From IMG/VR virus record IMGVR_UViG_3300010157_000038: a stretch of 64,000 nt of DNA. One strand, written 5' to 3'. Each line of letters opens with the position of its first letter. The stretch's first letter is position 1. The translations under genes were made by a program, and so were the position numbers. The notes beneath the pieces are model-generated. The model made no database searches. It had not been told where the DNA came from and saw nothing but the letters and a program-made list of their open reading frames with translations. Of the stretch, positions 48,266 through 57,945 are shown piece after piece. This stretch comes from an uncultured virus (IMG/VR IMGVR_UViG_3300010157_000038). Lineage: Duplodnaviria; Heunggongvirae; Uroviricota; Caudoviricetes.

Positions 48266-48992
48266 TTATAACGATGTTATTGGAATCGTCCATGCACACG
48301 CTTCAGCCAGAGATACCGTTCTTAGGCATCTACCTTATTGGCTAAGGACGTGTAAGAAAATAGTCGTCGTGACTCCATTGGGACACGACCTAAAACTAGA
48401 TCATCCAAGGGTAGATGAGGTTCAAAAGATTGAGAATGGTAGTTCTTATTCAAGGCAGACCAATATGAGGACCTATGAATGTCTAAATCTAGCAAGAGAA
48501 AAGTATAAGAAATATCCCTACGTCATGCTATTTGAATATGATAGCTTATGCTGGGGACCGATACCGGATAAGGCAATACCTAGATCTGGTGCAATATCTG
48601 CAACTAAGTTCATGAATGAGACCGCTTCTCCAGTTAAAGGTAAGACTTTCTTAGCTAGTTACTACTTACATTATCCTCAGATTTATTCAAGGGAAGCACT
48701 TGATGCCATCCTATGTTCGATGGAATCAAAAATCAACTTTGATGCGGAACACGGATACACTGATAGATTCTTAGGACTAGCTGCTGAAAGGGCGCAAATA
48801 CCGATATTAAATCTATTAGAACTAGGGTTATCATACTCTTGGGAGAACATATCTGTAAGTAAGTATCCTCAGCGAGTAAAAGAATGCATATCTGCTATAA
48901 AAGGCGGAGCATTTATGTCACACGGTATAAAAGACATAGAAACGCTTAAAATTATAGCTGAAAACTCACCTTTCGGGTACCTAAAAGAGTAA
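48258..48992 (+). CDS. Putative glycosyltransferase-like protein
   Basis: YVMLFEYDSL (ExD), TDRFLG, SHGIK; coupled to the preceding GT. Confidence 0.5.
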   Translation: MLDYNDVIGIVHAHASARDTVLRHLPYWLRTCKKIVVVTPLGHDLKLDHPRVDEVQKIENGSSYSRQTNMRTYECLNLAREKYKKYPYVMLFEYDSLCWGPIPDKAIPRSGAISATKFMNETASPVKGKTFLASYYLHYPQIYSREALDAILCSMESKINFDAEHGYTDRFLGLAAERAQIPILNLLELGLSYSWENISVSKYPQRVKECISAIKGGAFMSHGIKDIETLKIIAENSPFGYLKE

Positions 48993-48997
48993 TATAG

Positions 48998-49005
48998 TAT
49001 AAATA
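48998..49005 (+). promoter_or_regulatory. Late promoter TATAAATA heading the His-rich gene cluster
   Basis: Exact consensus. Confidence 0.8.
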
Positions 49006-49062
49006 GTATTACTATATTACTGGGTAAAATATCACTTTTTACTCTATGGGAACCTCGAAACA

Positions 49063-49272
49063 ATGCTCTCGTTTAAAGATTTTATCACAGTCAATTATGC
49101 TGGTGGTCAGTCCGAAATGCAGGACTATTATGCAGCAAAGCGCCATCATGGCGTAAACATCCCTGAAGAAAAGACTGAATTAGAGACAAAATTGGAGTCT
49201 CATTGGGAAGATAGCCGTAACAAACAGAAGAAGAACATTCATAGTCTTCATGGAAAGGCTCAGCGACCATGA
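49063..49272 (+). CDS. Small late protein
   Basis: MLSFKDFI N-terminus (capsid-targeting-like). Confidence 0.6.
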   Translation: MLSFKDFITVNYAGGQSEMQDYYAAKRHHGVNIPEEKTELETKLESHWEDSRNKQKKNIHSLHGKAQRP

Positions 49273-50219
49273 TTAAATCCTTCTCACAGTTTGTAGTTGA
49301 GAATGCTCCAAAAGAGATTGTAGTTGCATTTGAGAAGTTTAATCCGCCTAATATTGAGCACGAGAAGTTCTTAAATAAGATATTTGAACACGCTCGTGGC
49401 AGACCTTATAGGATATATGTCTCTAATACGGTGGATTCAAAGAATAATCCACTAGCGCTTGAAGAAAAGGTAAAATGGATGCGTAAGATGTTTCCAAAAC
49501 ACGCTCGCAATATAGTGTTGGAAAGTGTTTCAGAGATTCGCGATATATGCGGTAAACTTTATGAACAAGGATTTACTTCAGTAGAATTTGCAGTCAATGA
49601 AGATCAATTGGTACAATACGACACGGTATTAAAGTTTAATAACGGAGTATTTCTAGAAGGTGAGAGCTCAAAGTTTTTTAATTTTAAAAAGTTATGCGTC
49701 GTATCACTCGTAGAAAGTAACGACATGGAACAAAAGATGAGATTAGCGGCAATGGCAAATGATTTTAATGGTTTTTCAAAGTGCATTTCAGCTTCATTCA
49801 TTGACGGAGAAGATCTTTTTAATGCCGTTAGAAATGGTCTTGGATTAAAAGAATCAAAGAATTTTCGAAAGCACTTGCAACTAGAACCAGTATCTGAAAG
49901 GCGCGAAGCCTATGTCGCAGGAGATCTTTTTGAGGTAGGCGATCAAGTCGTCATCAAGGAATCAGAGGAAGTCGGAAAAATTTCAAGCTGTGGACCAAAC
50001 TATTTGATTGTAAATTTAAATGACGGTCGCAAGGTTCGCAAATGGCTGAATGCCGTCGAACTCATAGAGAAGAAGGTTATAGCAAATGAGAAACTAGACG
50101 CTGCACCATTACCAATTCAAAAACCAATTCAAGTTAGAACACCCTCGCGCGCTGGTATTCCGATCAGTAAAATTCGTACTTTTAAAGATATAACAAACAG
50201 CAATAGAAATAAAGCATGA
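49269..50219 (+). CDS. Cytidyltransferase-like protein with degenerate active site
   Basis: AFEKFNPPNIEHEK, KNNPL, KMFPKH, REAYVAGDLFEVGD. Confidence 0.75.
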   Translation: MIKSFSQFVVENAPKEIVVAFEKFNPPNIEHEKFLNKIFEHARGRPYRIYVSNTVDSKNNPLALEEKVKWMRKMFPKHARNIVLESVSEIRDICGKLYEQGFTSVEFAVNEDQLVQYDTVLKFNNGVFLEGESSKFFNFKKLCVVSLVESNDMEQKMRLAAMANDFNGFSKCISASFIDGEDLFNAVRNGLGLKESKNFRKHLQLEPVSERREAYVAGDLFEVGDQVVIKESEEVGKISSCGPNYLIVNLNDGRKVRKWLNAVELIEKKVIANEKLDAAPLPIQKPIQVRTPSRAGIPISKIRTFKDITNSNRNKA

Positions 50220-51370
50220 AAACCTTAAAGCAAATCAGAGAAGAGCATGGTGCGGGCGAATGGGGAACTCCTGAACTCCTTAATAAGTATAAGCAATCAA
50301 CTCCAGGCCAAGACGTGATTCCTGATAAGATTGCAACGAACGAGTTGACTGGTTATCCTACAACTTACGATGAGGCAACAAGTCTAAAGCCTTTAGGACA
50401 TCTTTCATATCACGCGGCAAGTCTATCTGCAGCAGCTTTAAAGGCACCTTCAAGGACAGCTCACTTAAAGGCAATGAATGCTCATCAGATGGCTCATTCA
50501 GTAGCAAAAGGTGGTGCGGTTGAGTACCATGCAGATAAAGCTCGCGAGCACATGAAAGCTGCAAAACTAATGAGTGAAAGTGCTGCTCAAACTGAAGAAA
50601 CTATTCATCAGTATGCTCATGGACAGATTGTAAAGCATCTTGACGCTTTAAAACATCACTTGGAGCAAGCAAAGACTGATAAAGCAAACGCTGCATGGCA
50701 TTATGACCAAGCCGACTATCACTCAGATAGAGCTATAAAGCATGGCGCAACTAAAAAGCATTTAATGGCTCATGTATCAGAAAGTTTAAAGGACGCTTGT
50801 TGGAAAGGCTATGAAGCTATTGGAATGAAAGATAAAAATGGTAGAAAAGTTCCAAATTGTGTTCCAAAGGAAATGACTGAGAATCTTTCTGATTATGCGG
50901 CAAAGGCACATTCAGCTTCAGAATTGGCAAATAAAACAGGTAGTGCAAAGCATCACGAATTAGCTTCAAGAGCTCACGTTGCCGCGCATACCGCTCATAA
51001 GATGGCTGGTCAATCTCATGAAGCGGATCATCATTTAGATAAAGCAGGACAGCATGCAGCTATGGCAGCTAGAGCCCACGATCACGCTATGGGAATGAAA
51101 GAAGAGATGGATTATAAAGAAGACGAGGCTGAAGAAGTCGGAATGGCATGTCGCCAACTTCGTAAGATCGCTTCCATGTCCATGATTATAGAATCTAAGT
51201 TAATGAATGACAGTGAAGCACTACAGGCTTGGATGCAGTCAAAGATTGCAATTGCTTCTGATAAGATTGACGAAGTTTTTAGTAACATAGTATTCTCTAG
51301 CCCCAATGATGCAGATCGTAAGTATGAAGAACAGGAAGAGCAGTCAGAAGAAGAAGAAAAAAAATCATAA
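50216..51370 (+). CDS. His/Ala-rich modular protein, putative internal head protein
   Basis: MKTLKQIREE start; His-rich helices; CWKGY..VPNCV module; WMQSKI module. Confidence 0.7.
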   Translation: MKTLKQIREEHGAGEWGTPELLNKYKQSTPGQDVIPDKIATNELTGYPTTYDEATSLKPLGHLSYHAASLSAAALKAPSRTAHLKAMNAHQMAHSVAKGGAVEYHADKAREHMKAAKLMSESAAQTEETIHQYAHGQIVKHLDALKHHLEQAKTDKANAAWHYDQADYHSDRAIKHGATKKHLMAHVSESLKDACWKGYEAIGMKDKNGRKVPNCVPKEMTENLSDYAAKAHSASELANKTGSAKHHELASRAHVAAHTAHKMAGQSHEADHHLDKAGQHAAMAARAHDHAMGMKEEMDYKEDEAEEVGMACRQLRKIASMSMIIESKLMNDSEALQAWMQSKIAIASDKIDEVFSNIVFSSPNDADRKYEEQEEQSEEEEKKS

Positions 51371-51382
51371 AGCAAAATAGAC

Positions 51383-51790
51383 ATGTCAATTCCTCCATCA
51401 GATCGTAGTCACGGCGAGATAATAAACAAGAAAGGTTTATCTTGGTCTTTCGTTATTAGAGCAATATTTTGGGTAACTCCTATTTTAGTTGCTGCGACGT
51501 TAGCTTATTTTAGAACCCAGTTTGCGAGTCATGACGAGCTAGATGGTCTCGCATCACAAGTGAAAGACAACATCGCAGACACTCGATTGCATGTGACTTC
51601 ACTCGAAGAATTTAAAACTAGAACTGAGATACATCAAACGAATCTTACTGAAACGCTTCAAGCAATCATTAAAGAACAAGCTTCTCAAAGAGCAGTGTTA
51701 GAATCGGTAAAGTCAGGTCAGGACCGTATATTCAATCGTTTAGACACGCTTTCAGATCGTTCATTAACAAAACAAGATTATTCTAAATAA
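51383..51790 (+). CDS. Single-TM coiled-coil membrane protein
   Basis: WSFVIRAIFWVTPILVAATLAYF then heptads. Confidence 0.7.
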   Translation: MSIPPSDRSHGEIINKKGLSWSFVIRAIFWVTPILVAATLAYFRTQFASHDELDGLASQVKDNIADTRLHVTSLEEFKTRTEIHQTNLTETLQAIIKEQASQRAVLESVKSGQDRIFNRLDTLSDRSLTKQDYSK

Positions 51791-51801
51791 ACTTATAAGT
51801 C

Positions 51802-52446
51802 ATGCACTCAGCGCCTTCAGCAATCTCTCATGATACTACTACTACTACTAGTAAAGAGTTACCTCTTCAAGATATAGCATCGACTTATCGCGATATGAAG
51901 GCTGTAGAGAATAGTCAAGAAGAATTGACTTTGCCTAAACATATATGCAACTGTGCTTGGGATGCTTCTGAGCTAGCTCACAATATGAGTAAAGACACAG
52001 AATTAAATGCAAGTAAACACGGCGACGCTCAAGCGGCGCACTTTCATGCGGCTGAATTACATGGATTAGCTTCTGATATGTTAGGAACTGAACATCCTGA
52101 ATATAACGCTCATATGGAAGCTGAAGAGATGCATAGCACAAAGTGGGAACATCATAGGCGATTGCAGCATGGAATAGAAGAATCTTTTATTGAAGAAAAT
52201 AAGTACAAGTCAGAGACCGGTGGTTTAACTAGAGCTGGAGTAAATAAATATAATAGAGAAAATCCAGGCCATCACTTGAAGATGGCAGTCACTACTCCTC
52301 CAAGTAAGTTAGATCCTAAAGGTAAAGCAGCCGGTAGACGTCGTTCCTTCTGTGCAAGAATGAAAGGCGTTAAAGGCCCAATGAAAGATGAACACGGAAA
52401 ACCTACTAGAAAAGCTTTAGCGCTTCGCAAATGGAACTGTCATTAA
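51802..52446 (+). CDS. His-rich protein with conserved basic C-terminal domain
   Basis: HFHAAELH helix; GGLTRAG..RRRSFCARM..ALRKWNC domain typical of T4-like phages. Confidence 0.75.
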   Translation: MHSAPSAISHDTTTTTSKELPLQDIASTYRDMKAVENSQEELTLPKHICNCAWDASELAHNMSKDTELNASKHGDAQAAHFHAAELHGLASDMLGTEHPEYNAHMEAEEMHSTKWEHHRRLQHGIEESFIEENKYKSETGGLTRAGVNKYNRENPGHHLKMAVTTPPSKLDPKGKAAGRRRSFCARMKGVKGPMKDEHGKPTRKALALRKWNCH

Positions 52447-52496
52447 TTAATTAATTAATAATACTAATAATAATAATAAAAATCTTACATAATAAT

Positions 52497-53123
52497 ATGG
52501 ACTCCGTACCATCAGCCATCTCAGACGACAAAAACGACAAAACATTGAAATCAACCGATATTGCTCAAGCATATCGTGAGATGTATCAAGAAAGCACGGA
52601 TCACGTTCATTCAAATCCGATACATGTAGGACATACGCCTAATAATAAAAAACTTGATTATACTAGCTATCATCAACGTGCCCATGGCGTTCATACTAAA
52701 TGGCATAAGGACAATACTATTACGTTTCATGGACCAAAGGCAAATGTTCGTAAAGCGATTACTGATCATACGGGCGAAGATCCTCACAGCGAAGACCTTC
52801 ACGCGCAACATCCTCATATATTTAACGAGGAAGTTCATATGCCATCTCACTTATCTATGCATGCTCATAGAGCAAGTACAGATGCTCATAACAGTAGCGG
52901 AGAAACACATTTAGAACCTACATTTTCAAAACATTTAGCGGCTCATGCAAAGCATTATCATGCAGCAGAGCTTCATTCTATGGCTTCTCAAGCTCATGGT
53001 AAAGATCATCCAGCTTTTCAAAATCATAATGAAAAGGAAGCTATTCATACCAATAAAGCAGCTGAACATAAAGCTGAATTACATAAGATGATGGCTCCTA
53101 AGAAACCAGCTAAAACAAAATAA
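52497..53123 (+). CDS. His-rich modular protein (paralogous modules)
   Basis: Shares its N-terminus and HAAELH module with 51802, and the FHGPK module with 53188. Confidence 0.75.
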   Translation: MDSVPSAISDDKNDKTLKSTDIAQAYREMYQESTDHVHSNPIHVGHTPNNKKLDYTSYHQRAHGVHTKWHKDNTITFHGPKANVRKAITDHTGEDPHSEDLHAQHPHIFNEEVHMPSHLSMHAHRASTDAHNSSGETHLEPTFSKHLAAHAKHYHAAELHSMASQAHGKDHPAFQNHNEKEAIHTNKAAEHKAELHKMMAPKKPAKTK

Positions 53124-53187
53124 TTTTAAAATTAACTAACTAACTAATTAACAACAGATAAAAACCACTCACAGAAAGAAAATCATC

Positions 53188-54825
53188 ATGGAAACCACAT
53201 CCCAGACCAACAAATCAATCCGTTCAGTTGCTGAGGCATACTTTGCAATGCAGAACGCTAGCGTAGATCGCCCAAATTGGGTGCCAGCGGCTATCACCAA
53301 TGAGCAAGTAGAAGGCTTCACTAAAGCTATACATGAGGCTCGTGTCAATAAGCAATCTATCGTTGAGTTTGCTGGCAAGCAGTACAAAATTAAAGAAGCA
53401 GTGTTTCCTGAGCTTGGGCATGAAAAAGAAATTCAAAAAACTGATCTAGATGCAGCTCATAAAGAACCGATGCATGATGCACCTACTCAAGCAGAAAAGA
53501 AAGAAATGGAAGATGAATGCTGGGATAAAGGCAATGCTCCTGAGTACGTTGACATGGGCAAAAAGATTCAAGCAGCAAATAAAGACGATAAAGAAACAGC
53601 TGATTCTGCAGCAGGTATGATGCGTCCATCGATGGCTGAACGTAAAGAAGAAGAAGATGAGAATGATTTAGCAGCAGCTCATTCCGAAAAAGCTTTAGAA
53701 GAAGGCTTATATACAACTGAAGAAGTTAAGCAAGAAGATGAAAACGTAGGAACTTTCCATTTCAAGAAAGAAAAGGCAGTTCAGGCTGGTAAATCATCTT
53801 TCTCTGTAGATGGTAAAACCTTCCCTGTTAAAGCGGAATCCACTCAGGATGCATTCGAGACTAAACAAAATATGGATGAAGTATTGAACCCAAGTGATCC
53901 AGCTTCAAAGTGGATACATGATTTCGTTCATAGCAAGAACCCTAAATTTGCTGGTAAATCCAAGGAAATGCGTCAGAAGATGGCATTAGGCGCTTATTAT
54001 TCATCTCAAAAAGAATCAGTTCAAGTTAATAGCACAAAAAATATGCTCAGTGTAGCTGAAGCGTATGCTCAAATGAATAAAGTTTCTGTTACTGAAAGTA
54101 CTGATCTAAATGAATCTGTCAAAATGGATGAAGAACATATAGATTCTGGTACAGCTCAGCATAATCTTTTAGATCATGAAAGAGCAAAACATGCAGCTTA
54201 TATGAATAAGAAGCATGGGGTAACTACTAAGTTTCATGGCGATGACGAATTATCATTTCATGGTCCAAAAAAGAATGTAAAATCTGCACTAATAAATCAC
54301 TATCATGGCGAGCGAGATGATGCAAAAGAAATGCATCCTCATGTATTTGATGAAGCTGATCACAAGGAGATGATGCATGACTATCATGGAATTAGTGAAG
54401 CTATAAACTATCATATGGATTCTGCCGATCAACATTTAGATATGGCAAATAAACATTTAGATCAAGCAGACAAACATAGTAAAAAAAGTCCTCAGCATAG
54501 ATTCCATAAAGACGAAGCGAGCTATCATCATAGTATGGCAAAGTCTTACATGAAACGCGCGCGTCAGAAGATGAAAACTGGCATGAATGAATCCACTGAA
54601 GATATAGCCATTCATAATCCAGAAATGGGAAGTCCAGATCATTCAGTAGCAGGTCCAGAAGTAATGGATCCAACAACACAGAAAATGCGCGACTTACATG
54701 TTAAAAATGTAAAAATTGAGGATCGTTTTAATATTGGATACGCTCAAGATGGCGCAAATGAGTTACAACACGCAGAATTAAATCGTTCTAAGCCAGAAGA
54801 TGCAGTAATTCCAAAGATCAAATAA
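53188..54825 (+). CDS. Large acidic/His-rich modular protein
   Basis: SVAEAY..M occurs twice; WIHDFVHSKNPKFAGKSK module; FHGPK module. Confidence 0.75.
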   Translation: METTSQTNKSIRSVAEAYFAMQNASVDRPNWVPAAITNEQVEGFTKAIHEARVNKQSIVEFAGKQYKIKEAVFPELGHEKEIQKTDLDAAHKEPMHDAPTQAEKKEMEDECWDKGNAPEYVDMGKKIQAANKDDKETADSAAGMMRPSMAERKEEEDENDLAAAHSEKALEEGLYTTEEVKQEDENVGTFHFKKEKAVQAGKSSFSVDGKTFPVKAESTQDAFETKQNMDEVLNPSDPASKWIHDFVHSKNPKFAGKSKEMRQKMALGAYYSSQKESVQVNSTKNMLSVAEAYAQMNKVSVTESTDLNESVKMDEEHIDSGTAQHNLLDHERAKHAAYMNKKHGVTTKFHGDDELSFHGPKKNVKSALINHYHGERDDAKEMHPHVFDEADHKEMMHDYHGISEAINYHMDSADQHLDMANKHLDQADKHSKKSPQHRFHKDEASYHHSMAKSYMKRARQKMKTGMNESTEDIAIHNPEMGSPDHSVAGPEVMDPTTQKMRDLHVKNVKIEDRFNIGYAQDGANELQHAELNRSKPEDAVIPKIK

Positions 54826-54828
54826 TAT

Positions 54829-55155
54829 ATGAACATATTCGACCAGATAGCTTCTTACATAGGTAGCCTATTCTCAAGCCGCAATAAAAGGCAAGATACT
54901 AGCTATCTTGCTGAACTTGCCAAAGAAGACTTCAAGACTAAGAATCTCTCAGAAGAGATTAGTCTAGAAGACTTAGAATTCGATGGCGAAGAGGAGCTAA
55001 TTATCACTAACGAATCTTTAAAAAAGATGAATAGAAAAGATCTGGTCGAGATATGCGACATACTATTGATTAAAGTATTAGCTAGAGATAATAAGAAGAT
55101 ACTAATCAATAAAATATCTAAAGAAGTAAAATTAAGAGAAAAATCCCATGACTAA
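54829..55155 (+). CDS. Hypothetical protein with Rho-N/HEH-like C-terminus
   Basis: LKKMNRKDLVEIC..KKILINKI. Confidence 0.55.
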   Translation: MNIFDQIASYIGSLFSSRNKRQDTSYLAELAKEDFKTKNLSEEISLEDLEFDGEEELIITNESLKKMNRKDLVEICDILLIKVLARDNKKILINKISKEVKLREKSHD

Positions 55156-55411
55156 TACAAATCCATTTGATACTTACCGGGTAATGCTTAAGGAAGATAC
55201 TTCTGGAGATGTGATATCTTTAGACGTTCCTCTTCTTATTCGTATCCTTGAAGCGGCGCGTGAAGATATTAAAAATGACGTAGAGCTTCATAAGTTTGTA
55301 GAGAACATGATCAAGATCAGTGATCGTGGAGTCCTTACTATGAAAGACTACGACGATATATGTTCTTGCTGGAAAAAGAACGGAGACGTACCACCATCCG
55401 AGACGACCTAA
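55148..55411 (+). CDS. Conserved hypothetical protein
   Basis: DVPLLIRILEAARED..LH..LTMKDY. Confidence 0.7.
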   Translation: MTNTNPFDTYRVMLKEDTSGDVISLDVPLLIRILEAAREDIKNDVELHKFVENMIKISDRGVLTMKDYDDICSCWKKNGDVPPSETT

Positions 55412-55427
55412 TAAATACTCTCTATAT

Positions 55428-55796
55428 ATGAGAGTATTTGATGAATTAAACGATCAGAATTTCCTGCTTTTTGCATCCAAAAACTATAACAATCCACAAT
55501 GTGTAGACATTGCTGAATTTAACGATGATATTTCCAGATTTAAGTATATCAAACGACTTCTTCGAAGATACAGACAATCGGGTGAAATTCAAGAAAGATT
55601 AGTTCTTAATCACATCATCATACTTTATAACGTCTTTGGAATACCAGCCGCAAACAAAATGATCTTTTTTAAAATAGAGCAAGAGCTATGGCCAGCCATT
55701 AAGACATTTTTAGTCTATCTGGACTACATTTCTGAGAATGAACGCGTGGAAGTTCCTGTTGATATGAAGATCGCTGAAATACTTCGAAAGATATGA
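55428..55796 (+). CDS. Conserved T4-like hypothetical protein
   Basis: YNNPQC..RFKYIKRL..ERLVLNH..NVFG. Confidence 0.8.
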   Translation: MRVFDELNDQNFLLFASKNYNNPQCVDIAEFNDDISRFKYIKRLLRRYRQSGEIQERLVLNHIIILYNVFGIPAANKMIFFKIEQELWPAIKTFLVYLDYISENERVEVPVDMKIAEILRKI

Positions 55797-56380
55797 GCAT
55801 TCTAGGGCAAGCAGCAGATGCGGTTTATTCTTATAAATTCCTGAAGTTACTCGTAACTCCATGGGATAAGACTGATGCGTATAAGCTTGGAATTGTGAAT
55901 GCTGATGGAAAGCCTTTAAAGAAAGCTTCAGATTTAAAGACATCTCAAGAAAGAAATGCCTATAGTGTATTCAATCGCCTCGTATTCAATATTAAGAGGC
56001 TATTGAACAAATTACCTTTAGGAAAAACCACTCTTGCGTCTTATGCAGCAGCATTATATCTCATAAAAGAAAATACAAGAATGACAGATAATGGTATTAC
56101 AAAGATATTTGATAAGTTAGAGATACCAGTAGACATGTCTCTAAATGAGAATACTTGGTTTCTGAATGATAATGGACAGCTTCAACCTGGCTCATATAGG
56201 TTAGTAAGTGAATGTCCAATCGTAAGTAATGGAGAATTTAGGGCTTATCCTCACTCTCACATATACGTCAAAGAGGCATTAAGCCCAGTTGGATCGGTAC
56301 TAGGGATTCCTGTATTTTTTGTAAAGCATCACGAGACACAGCAAACAATTTGTATTTCAACAGAGGATATTACCAGATGA
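55793..56380 (+). CDS. Conserved T4-like hypothetical protein
   Basis: FLKLLVTPW..AYKLGI..RLVFNIKRLL..SYAAAL.LIKE. Confidence 0.8.
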   Translation: MSILGQAADAVYSYKFLKLLVTPWDKTDAYKLGIVNADGKPLKKASDLKTSQERNAYSVFNRLVFNIKRLLNKLPLGKTTLASYAAALYLIKENTRMTDNGITKIFDKLEIPVDMSLNENTWFLNDNGQLQPGSYRLVSECPIVSNGEFRAYPHSHIYVKEALSPVGSVLGIPVFFVKHHETQQTICISTEDITR

Positions 56381-56754
56381 TCAAATCATTCAAAAGCTTT
56401 ACAACTGAAGACGGTGGTGGATCAGGTGGTGGTGGATCAGGTGGATCGGGTGGAACAGGTTCAGTTGCTGCAAATGTCACTGGAGACAGTCCTACTATGG
56501 CAATGCCACCGACATCTGGAGGTTTAATGCGACGCAAGTATAAGTCCTTTGATGTTGAACCAGAACTATTTAAGAAATTTCAGACGGGAAGAATGAAGTT
56601 TGAAAGATGGGCAAGGAATCTAGATCTTCAGAACGAGAAGCATAAGCAGATATATGACTATGCAACTCGATATAAGAAGCATGTAGTGGTATTAAAGGAT
56701 TCTTCTACAGGGGCTTTAAGAGCTATCCGTAGAAAGTCGGTGGATGGAATGTGA
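56377..56754 (+). CDS. Hypothetical protein with Gly/Ser linker
   Basis: MIKSFKSFTTE then GGGSGGGGSGGSGG. Confidence 0.7.
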   Translation: MIKSFKSFTTEDGGGSGGGGSGGSGGTGSVAANVTGDSPTMAMPPTSGGLMRRKYKSFDVEPELFKKFQTGRMKFERWARNLDLQNEKHKQIYDYATRYKKHVVVLKDSSTGALRAIRRKSVDGM

Positions 56755-56946
56755 TCGTAGCAGGCAGTAATAATAATAATTATTATTACTATTACTACTA
56801 TTTAATCATTTTTAAAAAAGTTTTAGAGTATAGATAGATTATTGTTGCATACATTCTCGAATAAGAATGTACATTCCACTTAACTTTTGGTAGTCTATAG
56901 GAGTAGTACTCCTATTTCTATTAAAATTTACATCCTATAACTTCTT

Positions 56947-57918
56947 ATGATTTTTGACGAACAGATATCTCGCAAGCCTGACCACTATCCGTGGACGCAG
57001 GAATATATAGAAGCCATGCAGAATGGTTTCTGGACTCATAGAGAGTTCAATTTCCAAAGTGATAATCAAGACTTTCGAGTCGCACTTTCCCCGCAAGAAA
57101 AAGAAATAATAATTAGGGCACTGTCTACTATTGGTCAATTAGAGATTTCTGTAAAGAAGTTTTGGGCCAAGTTGGGTGAAAATCTTCCTCATCCTACAAT
57201 CAATGATCTCGGCTATGTAATGGCCAATTCTGAAGTGATTCATGGAGATGCCTATGAGAGGCTATTAGAAGTCTTAGGAATAACAGATTCCTTTGATGAT
57301 ATACTTAAACTTCCTATTATTCAAGGTCGTGTCAACTACTTAAGAAAGTATTTGAGTCACTTTCATACTGATAATAAGAAGCAGTTCATCTATAGTATGA
57401 TCCTATTTACTCTATTTGTAGAGAACATTGCACTATTCTCGCAATTTTATACGATTGGCTACTTTGGTCGTTACCGAAATCTTTTAAAGGATACCAATAA
57501 GCAAGTGGAGTATACTTCGAGAGAAGAGAATCTTCATGCAATGATTGGTATCAAGATCGTCAATGTAATTCGCGAAGAACATCCTGAACTCTTTGATGCT
57601 GAGTTAGAAGAGAAGATTCTGTCTGAAGCGAAAGAAGCAATCAAGTATGAGACAAAAATCATTGAATGGATCGTGAATGGATATGGTGAAGAAAGGCTGA
57701 ACTCGGAGCTTCTCAAACACTTTATCATGAATCGTATGAACGAGTCTCTTGTTCAAATCGGATATAGGAAAATCTTTGAAGTAGATCAAGAGTTGATAAA
57801 GAAAACTATATGGTTTGAAGAACAAATTCTAGGTAATAATATGACTGATTTCTTTCATAGCCGTCCTATCGAGTATTCTAAGAAATCACAGAGTTTCTCG
57901 GAATCAGATCTATTTTAA
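56947..57918 (+). CDS. nrdB: Ribonucleotide reductase beta subunit, class Id-like
   Basis: QLEISVKKFW, EVIHGDAY, ENIALFSQF, EENLH, DFF. Confidence 0.93.
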   Translation: MIFDEQISRKPDHYPWTQEYIEAMQNGFWTHREFNFQSDNQDFRVALSPQEKEIIIRALSTIGQLEISVKKFWAKLGENLPHPTINDLGYVMANSEVIHGDAYERLLEVLGITDSFDDILKLPIIQGRVNYLRKYLSHFHTDNKKQFIYSMILFTLFVENIALFSQFYTIGYFGRYRNLLKDTNKQVEYTSREENLHAMIGIKIVNVIREEHPELFDAELEEKILSEAKEAIKYETKIIEWIVNGYGEERLNSELLKHFIMNRMNESLVQIGYRKIFEVDQELIKKTIWFEEQILGNNMTDFFHSRPIEYSKKSQSFSESDLF

Positions 57919-57945
57919 TAATTAATATATAATACTACTATTCAG

